DNA from: a phage | Reading direction: 5' to 3' (one strand) | Length of the DNA stretch: 64,000 nt | Sequence record: OZ346189.1 | Shown here: piece by piece, positions 35,093 to 44,523 of the stretch | How the letters are laid out: each line of letters starts with the position of its first letter | How positions within the stretch are numbered: the stretch's first letter is position 1 | The notes under the pieces: generated by a model | Told to the model about the DNA's origin: nothing | The model's input: the letters and a program-made list of their open reading frames with translations, nothing else | Databases searched by the model: none | Program-made: the position numbers and the translations under genes

Positions 35093-35554
35093 CTACTTAA
35101 ATAGTAGTCCAAAATAGTGCAAAATTAACAGAAGTTGAACTACACCTAGTGCAACGGCGAGTATGTTAATCTTAGAATCGAAAAACTTCTTAACTTTTAC
35201 TCTAAAAGGTTCCTTAATGTCCTTTACGATCCTATTTATAGATGATTTCATATCCCTGATTACCATCCTAAACATTAGAGACGGATCTTCCTTCTCTGTA
35301 ATAGAATCGAAAACATACTCTCTTCGGTCATAAGGACCTCCAGATCTGCGTATTAACCTCTCCACAGAGACCTCGTACGACACACCTGTAACGTAATCAT
35401 CTATGATAAGTAGTGACGGGTCTTTATCGTCCAAGGGTATTAAAGTTATCTTTCCAGATTTTGTTAAAATTTCTCCTTTTTCAAGCAAGGTGTACCAATG
35501 CTCTCTACCAAGATTGTTGAGGCACGTTTTTACATATTTAACAAACATCGTCAC
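35093..35554 (-). CDS. C-terminally membrane-anchored protein
   Basis: 153 aa; C-terminal TM ILAVALGVVQLLLILHYFGLLF. Confidence 0.5.
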   Translation of the reverse strand: MTMFVKYVKTCLNNLGREHWYTLLEKGEILTKSGKITLIPLDDKDPSLLIIDDYVTGVSYEVSVERLIRRSGGPYDRREYVFDSITEKEDPSLMFRMVIRDMKSSINRIVKDIKEPFRVKVKKFFDSKINILAVALGVVQLLLILHYFGLLFK

Positions 35555-35736
35555 CCCTCATAGCACGTCTGATATAACCACTCTATGAAATCTTGATACC
35601 ATTCGCCCTCTGAGCGCTCCGTAGGCCAATAATCTTCACCCTCTCGTGCATTAAAATCTGAGTATTCAACTTTCCACTCCTTTACCAGCTCGTGGAGAAG
35701 GTTTTCAGCCTGCTCTAAAGATTTATTTTTTGCCAT
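35551..35736 (-). CDS. hypothetical protein
   Basis: ORF track 35551-35754 (TTG); likely start ATG at 35736 (MAKNKSLEQ...) after AAGGAGA SD. Confidence 0.4.
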   Translation of the reverse strand: MAKNKSLEQAENLLHELVKEWKVEYSDFNAREGEDYWPTERSEGEWYQDFIEWLYQTCYEG

Positions 35737-35955
35737 TGCTGTCTCCTTTTTCAAGATAGTTATACATCAGAACTGCACCACCTAAGATGGCTACCAGTAA
35801 CAATATCCCAGATAGCATCTCAATAAACATGGCTTGAAACACTGGAAGGTCTCCCTAAATTAACGCACCATTTTAAATACATGCTCTTTTCCCATAAAGG
35901 TGCCTGGCTAAGATCTGCGTAGAACGCAATCTCTTTAAGAACAGTATAGATAGTT

Positions 35956-36183
35956 TTAGGTGCGGTCTCCATCCCTACTCTCCTTCCTGATATTCTTGTA
36001 GTAATCAACTAGGCACATTATTACGATGAAGATAACAACAGGCCAAAAAGGTGCAGCAGTGATGATGGTGATAAAATCATCAAACTTCACCCTTCGTCTG
36101 GACACGATGCATACACCTGTCAAGAATACCGCTGTTATAACGGACATTACCAGGTAACCTATTAGCACAACATTTATACTCAT
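35956..36183 (-). CDS. membrane protein
   Basis: ORF track 35956-36273 overlaps upstream gene; internal start MSINVVLIGYLVMSV at 36183; two TM segments. Confidence 0.4.
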   Translation of the reverse strand: MSINVVLIGYLVMSVITAVFLTGVCIVSRRRVKFDDFITIITAAPFWPVVIFIVIMCLVDYYKNIRKESRDGDRT

Positions 36184-36214
36184 TGGTCCTCCCCTTTGTA
36201 GGTTAAATTGTATA

Positions 36215-36748
36215 CTACAAATGGTCGCTGAGGGTGTCAAGAAAATTATCCCGTTCTTTCTCAGAGTTTTCATGTGTGTAGCTGAAAAACATATCGAGAA
36301 TAACCTTATTGATATATTCCAGCTCCTCTGTGTTCAGATGCTTAGCAGGATCTACAATGACATCCCAAATATCATACAGACCACACTCATGATACCCATA
36401 ACGCCACTCAATTGTCAAGCTGAGCGGCAAATCTTTACCGTCACAAACAACCTTCCATCTACATATGTTGGTATCTGGTCGTACCTGTGCACGGTACACC
36501 TGTACAAAATCCAATTTGAATTTGAGGTACTCGTCATACAATTTAAGCACAAAGCTCTCGATTTGTGGAGACACTTTTGCAGCAAACTGTGCGTATTTGT
36601 ACTTGCACTGGATGATCTTTCTGCGTTTTGCAGTTAAATTTTTTGCCGCCAGTTGTTCTTCAGTGTATCTCCACCTACGATCAACAAACGCAACAGGGTC
36701 TTTGTCCCCATAGAGGTCTTCCCAGTTAATCAGAAGCATACCTGTCAC
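36215..36748 (-). CDS. hypothetical protein
   Basis: 177 aa. Confidence 0.5.
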   Translation of the reverse strand: MTGMLLINWEDLYGDKDPVAFVDRRWRYTEEQLAAKNLTAKRRKIIQCKYKYAQFAAKVSPQIESFVLKLYDEYLKFKLDFVQVYRAQVRPDTNICRWKVVCDGKDLPLSLTIEWRYGYHECGLYDIWDVIVDPAKHLNTEELEYINKVILDMFFSYTHENSEKERDNFLDTLSDHL

Positions 36749-36978
36749 TCCTCCACAACTTCAAGGCCTTTACCGCCTCGCTCTGGCAGATTACTTAAAG
36801 ATAGGTAATACATATAATCAGGAGAGATCCTGCCAGACTCTGCACCTGCAGCTAGTAAATCCTTCCCTTTAACCAGGACAACATTCTCGTTTGCAGATAG
36901 CCGTTTTGCTTCCACAATTTTACCAACACAGTCAACCAAGGAAGGGTACCCTAAATCTGTAAGAAATTTAACTTTCAT
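36745..36978 (-). CDS. small acidic protein, paralog family member
   Basis: 77 aa; MKVKFLTDLGY...DLLAAGA...GLEVVEE. Confidence 0.5.
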   Translation of the reverse strand: MKVKFLTDLGYPSLVDCVGKIVEAKRLSANENVVLVKGKDLLAAGAESGRISPDYMYYLSLSNLPERGGKGLEVVEE

Positions 36979-37015
36979 GCTACCTCCTACCTACCATCCC
37001 TGGTAAGATAAATTA

Positions 37016-37414
37016 TTACTGAACAGAGCGCGGTGCTGGGAAGGATAACTCTTCTAAAGAGAAGATTTCATTTCCTACCACCCAAGTTGCTGGGTCATCT
37101 GGATCAACAGGTTGGATAATCATTACCTCATCAGCCTCGCACACACGTTTCCCACCCATAGTAGCGTCAGCCACTAACATACGCGGCTCTTCAGAAATGC
37201 ACAGGTAGCCACCTCGGCCCACTGTTCCTTCCACGGGATCCTGCCCTTTGACCACAATGAATACCTTCTCTCCTGTGGCGATATTACTTTTCACACTAAC
37301 AGTTTGACCAACTTTAGATGTACCGATCTTGGTGGCTTCAAACATTAAATCCCGAATTACTGTTGCATAGTTGCCGGACACTTTCTTACCTTCTTTAGTA
37401 ATCTCAATCTTCAT
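37016..37414 (-). CDS. hypothetical protein
   Basis: 132 aa. Confidence 0.5.
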   Translation of the reverse strand: MKIEITKEGKKVSGNYATVIRDLMFEATKIGTSKVGQTVSVKSNIATGEKVFIVVKGQDPVEGTVGRGGYLCISEEPRMLVADATMGGKRVCEADEVMIIQPVDPDDPATWVVGNEIFSLEELSFPAPRSVQ

Positions 37415-37686
37415 AATCTAGGCTCCTTAAATGAATCTATGTAATCAATTAAATCCCAAGCATCGCGATGGGCTGTCAGAGGGTATACTTCTCCGAGAGG
37501 GATCATAGCAATAAGTCTATCAAAAACCCAGTCTGGACGCAACATTTTATGGTGATATTCCCACTCACCTTCCACAGATTTTTTCTGAGTTATCAGGATC
37601 TCTGTGTAGTGTTTCTCCTGTCTTGAGTAGATTGAAAATGACTTGTACATAAATGACCCCCTCTTGTTGAAAACAACAATACACAA
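37411..37686 (-). CDS. hypothetical protein
   Basis: 91 aa. Confidence 0.45.
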   Translation of the reverse strand: MCIVVFNKRGSFMYKSFSIYSRQEKHYTEILITQKKSVEGEWEYHHKMLRPDWVFDRLIAMIPLGEVYPLTAHRDAWDLIDYIDSFKEPRL

Positions 37687-38001
37687 CTACCAGGTTACTG
37701 TCAAGTAGGCAACCGTATTATTTTTCTCTGGGGAGATGCCAACAACATCTACCTGCAGACCTCCTGCCCTTAAATCTCCAACAATGTGAGGGAAGTAATC
37801 TGAGAGATGCGAGGGTAGATTTATCGAAAATCCGCACCCCAGAAAGCCTGCTAACGCTTTATTTTGTATCTCCCCCACAATCGCATCATAAATGGAGTTA
37901 AGCTCGTCAGGGAGCGTTACAGGACGTTTTAGCGCTAACTGGTGTAATTTGTCCTTAGCACTCATTTTCATTTCAGGTCTACCTCTGGAGGTGCCAACCA
38001 C
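37687..38001 (-). CDS. hypothetical protein
   Basis: 104 aa. Confidence 0.45.
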   Translation of the reverse strand: MVGTSRGRPEMKMSAKDKLHQLALKRPVTLPDELNSIYDAIVGEIQNKALAGFLGCGFSINLPSHLSDYFPHIVGDLRAGGLQVDVVGISPEKNNTVAYLTVTW

Positions 38002-38501
38002 ATAAACGGCGGCAAGTCTAAACGGTTTTTCTTATCCCACACAAAATATGCATATGCTTGCCCGTCAGTTCTGCCGTTTGATTGAAATGATGGACGCTTA
38101 GATATTGTGATCACAGTAGTAGGTGCATTATCAAGCCACCATTCAAATCTGGCTTTGCTTTCCAGAAAATTAAGACGCAAAAGCATAATAACTACGTCAG
38201 CATCTTTCAACGCCTTGTCTACAAACTCACGAGCCAGGCTGTATGGTGGGTTGGTGATAATACAGTCAACATGGTTGTATTCTGTATTCAGATAGTCAAC
38301 ACCTTCTTGTATTTCTCCCCATGCAGATCCTAACGGCATACGGGAGTAGAACACACCTGAGGCACTATTCCTGCAAGGCTCTAAGTAGGTCCAGTCTTCT
38401 GGGAACGGAATAAGGTCATACAGCCCTTCTGCACACCACTCCGGTGTCACATACTCATCGTAGGCGTTACGTTGTTCATCAGGTTTTCGAGCACAAGTCA
38501 T
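37968..38501 (-). CDS. DNA N6-adenine methyltransferase (small Dam-like)
   Basis: 177 aa; catalytic motif ITNPPYS (motif IV, NPPY type). Confidence 0.6.
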   Translation of the reverse strand: MTCARKPDEQRNAYDEYVTPEWCAEGLYDLIPFPEDWTYLEPCRNSASGVFYSRMPLGSAWGEIQEGVDYLNTEYNHVDCIITNPPYSLAREFVDKALKDADVVIMLLRLNFLESKARFEWWLDNAPTTVITISKRPSFQSNGRTDGQAYAYFVWDKKNRLDLPPFMWLAPPEVDLK

Positions 38502-38552
38502 GCAAATCTCCAGATCATAAAAGCCCTCCGAAGAGGGCTTTAGAATTAATGT

Positions 38553-39602
38553 TTAAGCTTCTTCGACAATTCCTGCACCCAGGATTTTTTCATTGAGCTC
38601 TTTTGCTGTTTTAATAATATTGTCCACCAGACGCTTGCGAGTCTTATCTTTTACCTTAACCTCTTCACCGCCGTTTAGGGTTGTCTTCAATTGGGACAAA
38701 ATGTCTTGAAGTTCAACGACAGAGAATCGCTGCAGATCTTCTGAGGTAATCTCACCTAAGGCAATCTTAACGGTCTCACCACTTTCCATCTGCAGGTTCA
38801 GGAACACAGTGTGAACATCACCTTTCGAACCACCAGCTTTTGCAGATTCAACAGCATGAACTAACTCATCTAAAGAGGTACACTGGTGAATCTCCGGGAG
38901 ACCTGCTTCACCTAACACACCTTCTTCATCACCTTTTGCCAGAAGCTTTTTCGGTTTTTGTCCGTTCTGGATGCGTTGTATGTTACCTTCATCCAGAATG
39001 ATAGCTCCAGTTCGAGCTGCCAGCTCCTCTCCGTCCAACCACACTTCACCACCAGCTGTGATGGATGCGATCTCATCTTCTGTCAGCACCCAACCGTAGT
39101 ATTTTTCGATCAGGCGTTCGAAACGCTTTTTCCAGTAGCTGACCTGAGTATTCATGTTCACACCGTTACCATAAGTGCCACCTTGATAGTAGTGGAACAT
39201 AAATTCTGTGTCCGGAGCCACAGTACGTTCTTTGCAACCCAGCCATAAGATTGTTCCCGCAGAGCAGCACATCCCTTCCGCATGTGCAACAACGCTTGCC
39301 TGAGACTCGCGGAATGCCTGCAGATAAGCCATCGCAATGTGCACGCAACCACCAGGGCTGTTAATGATCACTCGAATGCTTTCTTCAGGCTGAGCCATAC
39401 GGATCGTCTGCAGGCGAGACATATGATCCTGCAGGTCTTCCAAATCGTCGATATAAAGAACGTGGTCAACAACAGGTGTTGGGTAGCTGTATGTCTCCAT
39501 AATACCACCCGGCATACCGAACATTTTATTACTCATAGGTTCGAAACCGTTCTGTTTTTCTTTCATGCCGTGTACCATGGTGCTGCGAGGTGTTAAATTC
39601 AT
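38553..39602 (-). CDS. ClpP-family serine protease with C-terminal extension
   Basis: 349 aa; INSPGG, active-site region MCCSAGTIL and His motif FMFHYYQGG (ClpP IHQP-type); about 150-aa Glu/Lys-rich C-terminal tail. Confidence 0.65.
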   Translation of the reverse strand: MNLTPRSTMVHGMKEKQNGFEPMSNKMFGMPGGIMETYSYPTPVVDHVLYIDDLEDLQDHMSRLQTIRMAQPEESIRVIINSPGGCVHIAMAYLQAFRESQASVVAHAEGMCCSAGTILWLGCKERTVAPDTEFMFHYYQGGTYGNGVNMNTQVSYWKKRFERLIEKYYGWVLTEDEIASITAGGEVWLDGEELAARTGAIILDEGNIQRIQNGQKPKKLLAKGDEEGVLGEAGLPEIHQCTSLDELVHAVESAKAGGSKGDVHTVFLNLQMESGETVKIALGEITSEDLQRFSVVELQDILSQLKTTLNGGEEVKVKDKTRKRLVDNIIKTAKELNEKILGAGIVEEA

Positions 39603-39662
39603 GAGAAATCCTTAATATTGGAAGTTGAAAGCTATTTATTTAAACCTGATTCACATTTACCT

Positions 39663-39974
39663 TTATTTAGCAATCACTAGTGAATACTTACGATTGTCAG
39701 AAGCATCACAGCTCAATGATTGCCAGTCTACCACATACCACGTATCATTGTCAACAATTACTTTATCGCCTGTTCTGTAGCAGGTACTGCTTTCAATAAT
39801 CCGAGACTCGATAAAGAATCTGTGTCGGCGCTCACGTAGCAACGCTAAGTTGATTATATTACCACCGCTGTCCTTGATCCACACATTCTTGGATCCTTTA
39901 TTTGCCAAAATTGTCTCGCCGTTGTAGACAAACAGGCAGTATATTTTATTCAGTTTCTCTTGTATTGTAGCCAT
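39663..39974 (-). CDS. hypothetical protein
   Basis: 103 aa. Confidence 0.45.
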   Translation of the reverse strand: MATIQEKLNKIYCLFVYNGETILANKGSKNVWIKDSGGNIINLALLRERRHRFFIESRIIESSTCYRTGDKVIVDNDTWYVVDWQSLSCDASDNRKYSLVIAK

Positions 39975-40075
39975 ACTGTCCTTCTCTCTGTTTTGTCCGA
40001 TAATAATATCTAAAGCTTACCTATTTGTCAACAACTGTTTTAGATATTTAAGGGTGGAATAACCACCCTTCTGTA

Positions 40076-40864
40076 TTACTCGGAAACAGGGGTCCAAATA
40101 TGGTTTGCACGATCCTCAATAAGATTGAGTGCGATCTGACGACCCAACCCGGAACGAACGACATCGTCTGGACTATCAAAGCTGATCATTCCAACCTCAG
40201 GATCTGGATGACGAGTAAAGAAATCCGTCACCCATGCAAGGCCAGATTTACCAGGGATGTCACGTTGGCTATTATCACCCATAATTACAAGGGTGGCCTG
40301 ATCAGAGATCCTTGTGATAATTGACAACATTTCTTCAGGGTTAGTTTGCTGTGCCTCGTCAATCAGGACAAAGCATCGCTCATCGAAACTACGACCACGA
40401 ATGCTTTCAACTTCACAAATCTCGATACGACTGTTCTGACCGTCTCCCAGCATTGCGGCAAAAGCACCTTTGCCAACACGACGACAAATCGTGTCCATCA
40501 TGCTTCGAAGATAGGGCCACAGTTTCTGCATTGCATTTCCGGGTTTAAATCCTGAAGTCTTTCCTGTCTGGACGTAAGGACGTGCAACAATGATCTTATC
40601 AATCTCGTTCTTACGCAGAAGATCACCTGCATATGCAGATGCCATAAATGTCTTACCGGATCCAAACACACCGTTTACAATAATAATCTTACGTGACCCC
40701 AGATAATCAAGATACTTTTGCTGCTTCTTATTCATTGGTCGGAGAGCTGGAGCGGTGTGCTCTCTTTCGTCAGCAAATTTCTCAGCAGCCTTACGCAGGC
40801 GATCAGATTTGCGAGCCTCTCTAGCTTCATCACGCATGCGTTTTGTTTCTTTAGCTCGACCCAT
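40076..40864 (-). CDS. phoH: PhoH-family ATPase
   Basis: 262 aa; Walker A GVFGSGKTF, Walker B VLIDEAQ, typical PhoH spacing. Confidence 0.8.
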   Translation of the reverse strand: MGRAKETKRMRDEAREARKSDRLRKAAEKFADEREHTAPALRPMNKKQQKYLDYLGSRKIIIVNGVFGSGKTFMASAYAGDLLRKNEIDKIIVARPYVQTGKTSGFKPGNAMQKLWPYLRSMMDTICRRVGKGAFAAMLGDGQNSRIEICEVESIRGRSFDERCFVLIDEAQQTNPEEMLSIITRISDQATLVIMGDNSQRDIPGKSGLAWVTDFFTRHPDPEVGMISFDSPDDVVRSGLGRQIALNLIEDRANHIWTPVSE

Positions 40865-40902
40865 GTTGGGACTCCTTTCAGATTGAGATGTGCCAAGTAC
40901 TT

Positions 40903-41253
40903 TTACTGCAACAGTTTTTCAATAGCCGCTTCCATGCTGCTTGCAACAGCCTGAACTCGGATATTCATCTCTTCTTGGTGGATCAGCTCCTTAAGCTCTT
41001 TAATGGTAAATTCTTTAGAGAAACCTTCCACCATAATCTTGTGCAAGGCTTCTTGCGTGTCTACTTGCAAGAACTTTTCCAGTTTGTTGGCAGAGGCTTC
41101 TAAATCAGCCCGAATACGAGGGTCATCTGTGCGATTCAGCATTAGGCGTAAGCCATCAAGATTAGTAGAAATAGCATCTGCATGTTGAGTAACTAACCGT
41201 GGCAAAATGAGGTCTACAAACTTATTAGCCAAATCGATACGTTCTTGTGTCAC
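40903..41253 (-). CDS. hypothetical protein
   Basis: 116 aa; GTG start. Confidence 0.45.
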   Translation of the reverse strand: MTQERIDLANKFVDLILPRLVTQHADAISTNLDGLRLMLNRTDDPRIRADLEASANKLEKFLQVDTQEALHKIMVEGFSKEFTIKELKELIHQEEMNIRVQAVASSMEAAIEKLLQ

Positions 41254-41363
41254 TGTTGCACCCCCTCTTCATCTTCATGATGTTTCTTTTCACGCTTGTG
41301 TTTTTTCTTAAGCTCAAGCGCAATCTCTTTCTTGTACGCCTTCTTCAAGGCTTTTTTAGCCAT
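41250..41363 (-). CDS. small highly basic protein (37 aa)
   Basis: MAKKALKKAYKKEIALELKKKHKREKKHHEDEEGVQQ; strong SD GAGGAGGTG; stop overlaps next start. Confidence 0.35.
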   Translation of the reverse strand: MAKKALKKAYKKEIALELKKKHKREKKHHEDEEGVQQ

Positions 41364-41425
41364 TTGGCACCTCCTCTGCTTTCATTACGCTAATTATAAC
41401 CAACTTAACAAAACTTTGTCAACAA

Positions 41426-41899
41426 TTAGTCAACCTGAACCCAACCACCTGCTGCCTTTTTAAACATTCTTTGGTTATCACTACCTCTGAAGGGTTTTTT
41501 GGTTGGGTTATCTTTTTCGTACTTACCATCCATAATGTAATCGACACTATCTTTAATGTAATCGGGAACCTCTTCAAACAAATACCCTGTGTACACCCAG
41601 ATAGTTTTTGTGTTGCCGAAGTGTTCACGGATAGCGCTAATGATCGAGTACATACCCTCAATATTGTAAGGCGCTAAAGGTTCGCCACCGCATAATGTAA
41701 CGCCAGTAATGTGTTTCGGCTCTATAGAGTGAAGTATACTCTCAATAGTGTCATTTGTTAACGGTTCCCCTTTAGCTGGTGACCAAACACTTTTGTTTTG
41801 GCAACCGACGCAGTGATGTGGGCAACCAGAACAGAACACCGTTGTCCTAATGCCTGGGCCGTCAACCATGCTACACTCTATAATATTAACAACATTCAT
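41426..41899 (-). CDS. nrdG: anaerobic ribonucleotide reductase activating protein
   Basis: 157 aa; radical-SAM-type Cys cluster CSGCPHHCVGCQN near N-terminus; adjacent to nrdD. Confidence 0.75.
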   Translation of the reverse strand: MNVVNIIECSMVDGPGIRTTVFCSGCPHHCVGCQNKSVWSPAKGEPLTNDTIESILHSIEPKHITGVTLCGGEPLAPYNIEGMYSIISAIREHFGNTKTIWVYTGYLFEEVPDYIKDSVDYIMDGKYEKDNPTKKPFRGSDNQRMFKKAAGGWVQVD

Positions 41900-42132
41900 T
41901 CCTTATCCTCTTTTAGGTAAGGATATTCAGGCCCACAATAAGCTCTATCCAAGAAAACAGCTTCTTCCCCTCTGGAATCAGTAGATCTATAATACCCATC
42001 ACCATGGTAACTAACGAACCAGTGGCACCCATCATCGCTTTCTACTGTTGTGGCTCTGTCCGAATGAAAGATAATTTCGTAATCCTTACCGAATGTAAAC
42101 CATCTGTTAGCTTTTACACAGACACCTATCAT
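41896..42132 (-). CDS. hypothetical protein
   Basis: 78 aa. Confidence 0.4.
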   Translation of the reverse strand: MIGVCVKANRWFTFGKDYEIIFHSDRATTVESDDGCHWFVSYHGDGYYRSTDSRGEEAVFLDRAYCGPEYPYLKEDKE

Positions 42133-42463
42133 AAGGAACCTCTCTTCTGTGGTGTGCTTCTATTCAAGATAAACCTATAAAAGTCCATTTGATGAAGCCG
42201 TATAACTTTTTATACTTACGCTTCAGTGCTAACAATTTTATCTTGATTTTCTTGATAGATTCCCGCATTTCGACCCCTTATGCTTATAAGTACTCCGCAT
42301 CGCATTCAGGGCAATGCCAAATAAAATCGTCCAGTGCCTTGCACCAACGAAGATTGCAACGACAACCACACTTGCAAATTTTATAAATACCTTTAGACAT
42401 ACTGTACCCCCCAGCTCACTGTGTGTCAATAATATGCCACATCCTTGTGGCTTTTGTCAAGTA

Positions 42464-43726
42464 TCAGCAACTACAACTTCCATAGTGCTTAACTCGCTCG
42501 ATAACTTCCGCTTGCTTACCTTTATTGTAAGGACGGGAGTTAGGACTGGAAAGGTATCCAGACACACGTCGAATTACACTGATCGTTCCCTCTTCATGGT
42601 TTCCACACTCTGGGCATACAAAGCCTTTAGCTGTTGCACTGAACTCACCAGAGAAACCACACTTGAGACATTTATCCACAGGTTGGTTAATACCAAAATA
42701 CATAATATGTTTATACCCGAAGTCAACAAGAGCCTCTAAAGCATCCAGGTTGTTTTTCAGGTTAGGTGTCTCTACGTATCCAATGTTGCCACCAGAGGAG
42801 ATCATAGCAAAACCTTCCTCATACTCCCACTTATCAAAAGGAGAGCTATTTATCCACACTGGCTGATGGAAACTGTTGGTGAGATATTCATGCTCGTGCT
42901 TTAACACTTCTGGATATTCACGATCCAGACAGGTTGCAGCTTTATAGCATAGACTCTCAGAAGGAGTGCCGTACAAGCTAAATGCTAGTCTACTTTCCTT
43001 CTTGTATCGCTCACAAGCATCTCTCATGTGCTGAAGGATTCCAAGAGCTAAAGCCTTGTCACCTTCTCTGCCCAAAATCTGACAGGTTTCATACACACCA
43101 ATATACCCAATACTGATGGAAGCGTACCCGTCATAGAAGAGTTTATCAATACTTTCTTCGGGATCCAGGCGAGCAAGAGCGCCTTCACACCACATGATGG
43201 GGTTCTGCCCTGCCTTTGTTCCTTTTAGACGGTTAACCCTTACAAGGTGAGCCTCGTATGCAAGATCCAAGTATTCGTCAAGAACTGCAAAGAAATCAAC
43301 ACATTCCGTCTTAGCTTTTGCCGCAATCATTGGCAGGTTAAGGCTAACAACACCCAAGTTGAATCTGCCGAGGTATTTCTCCTCACCTGTTTCCAAGTCA
43401 TTGTATTTGCTAAGAAAACTCCGGCAACCCATACTCGTTACTTTGCCATCTGTCGAGCCTGTCACTTTACGATTTAGTGGAACAGAAACAAAGTCAGGAT
43501 AAATCCGCTCTGCAGAGCATTCCAGAGCTAATCGTTTCAAATCATAGTTAGGATCTCCGGGGTTCATGTTGACACCCTCTTCTAGGAAGAACAGCACTTT
43601 AGGGAACACAGGTGTGATACGTTCTTCACCAAGACCCATTTTGTGGACTTTCAAGTAATTTTTGGTAATCATTCTACCAAAGACCGAGGTATCCAGTCCT
43701 AAACTTAATGTGATGAATGGAGTCTG
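42464..43726 (-). CDS. nrdD: anaerobic ribonucleoside-triphosphate reductase, exon 2
   Basis: ORF open upstream of first Met to 43762; QTPFITLSLGLDTSVFG...ITPVFPKVLFFLEEG...GDPNYDLKRLALECS matches NrdD core; C-terminal glycyl-radical motif RRVSGY and Zn site CLKCG...CPECG. Confidence 0.8.
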   Translation of the reverse strand, partial: QTPFITLSLGLDTSVFGRMITKNYLKVHKMGLGEERITPVFPKVLFFLEEGVNMNPGDPNYDLKRLALECSAERIYPDFVSVPLNRKVTGSTDGKVTSMGCRSFLSKYNDLETGEEKYLGRFNLGVVSLNLPMIAAKAKTECVDFFAVLDEYLDLAYEAHLVRVNRLKGTKAGQNPIMWCEGALARLDPEESIDKLFYDGYASISIGYIGVYETCQILGREGDKALALGILQHMRDACERYKKESRLAFSLYGTPSESLCYKAATCLDREYPEVLKHEHEYLTNSFHQPVWINSSPFDKWEYEEGFAMISSGGNIGYVETPNLKNNLDALEALVDFGYKHIMYFGINQPVDKCLKCGFSGEFSATAKGFVCPECGNHEEGTISVIRRVSGYLSSPNSRPYNKGKQAEVIERVKHYGSCSC

Positions 43727-44523
43727 CTGTCTCCTCCCTGTGTTTCCACAGGGCCAGACTATCTATTACTCTACTTCAATAAGATAATAACCCTTTATTG
43801 TGAGATGCTTACCTTCGGCATTTCCTTCGATAGCCCTGTGAACGTTACCTACGTTCAAATTTAAGGCTTTTGCACAGGCGTAGAGTGAAGGATATTCACC
43901 CACCAAGATTTTCCCTTTGTATGCCTGCACTTTCCTATAGCACTTACCTGGACAAAGTCCTGTTCGGAAAGCATGTCTCTTATTATCTTCCGGCAAAACC
44001 CACTCTAGGTTAGACGGATGATCATTCAATGTATTGCCATCTTTATGATTCACTTCCCAGTTTTCAGGGTCTTCTGGGACATCTGGCAAACAATACAAGG
44101 CAACAACCCTTGAGGTTTGGATTCGAATCTTTTTACCTTTGTGGTTGAAAGAGTACATATAACGGCGTTTAACATGCTTATTACCTTTTCCATAACCTCC
44201 CCACAATATTGGGTGCAGCATTCCACGTTTTCCGTATACGTTTCCAACTTCATCAATCACATAGTTTGATTCTTCACCATTAAGAATGATCTTTTTCATA
44301 GAGCCTCTCCATTTCGAAGTTAGTATTTCAACTAACCCCTACACTACTTGGTTCAGAAATGTTTGTCAAGCATCTCTGCCTTTCGTTAGTCGTTACAACC
44401 GTTCCAACTCCTGTAAGAACTAGTCACGGGATTGGCATAGCTTTCGCCTTAGCGTTCCCCGTTAGCCGGATTTACCGACCCCTCTTATGAGGTTAGGAGA
44501 GTTTTACAACGGCCAGTTTGTTA
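43727..44523 (-). mobile_element. group I-type intron in nrdD carrying an HNH homing endonuclease gene
   Basis: 797 nt between NrdD-homologous segments; 5' exon ends ...AACGGU (U at -1), intron begins with in-frame UAA, ends ...CAG (G at 3' end); joins ...NTLTSVNG to QTPF... exactly as in uninterrupted NrdD. Confidence 0.65.
43766..44299 (-). CDS. HNH homing endonuclease (intron-encoded)
   Basis: 177 aa; HNH motif NHKDGNTLNDHPSNLEWVLPEDNKRH. Confidence 0.75.
   Translation of the reverse strand: MKKIILNGEESNYVIDEVGNVYGKRGMLHPILWGGYGKGNKHVKRRYMYSFNHKGKKIRIQTSRVVALYCLPDVPEDPENWEVNHKDGNTLNDHPSNLEWVLPEDNKRHAFRTGLCPGKCYRKVQAYKGKILVGEYPSLYACAKALNLNVGNVHRAIEGNAEGKHLTIKGYYLIEVE

Noticed and set aside
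35820-36008. 62-aa ORF on - strand
   Set aside because: Overlaps a better-supported membrane-protein gene (35956-36183) and lacks SD; likely spurious
42238-42429. 63-aa ORF on - strand between nrdG-adjacent gene and nrdD
   Set aside because: No SD and odd composition; a shorter 38-codon Cys-rich ORF (MSKGIYKICKCGCRCN...CPECDAEYL) in the same gap is more protein-like, but its coordinates were not anchored to a track ORF, so neither was listed
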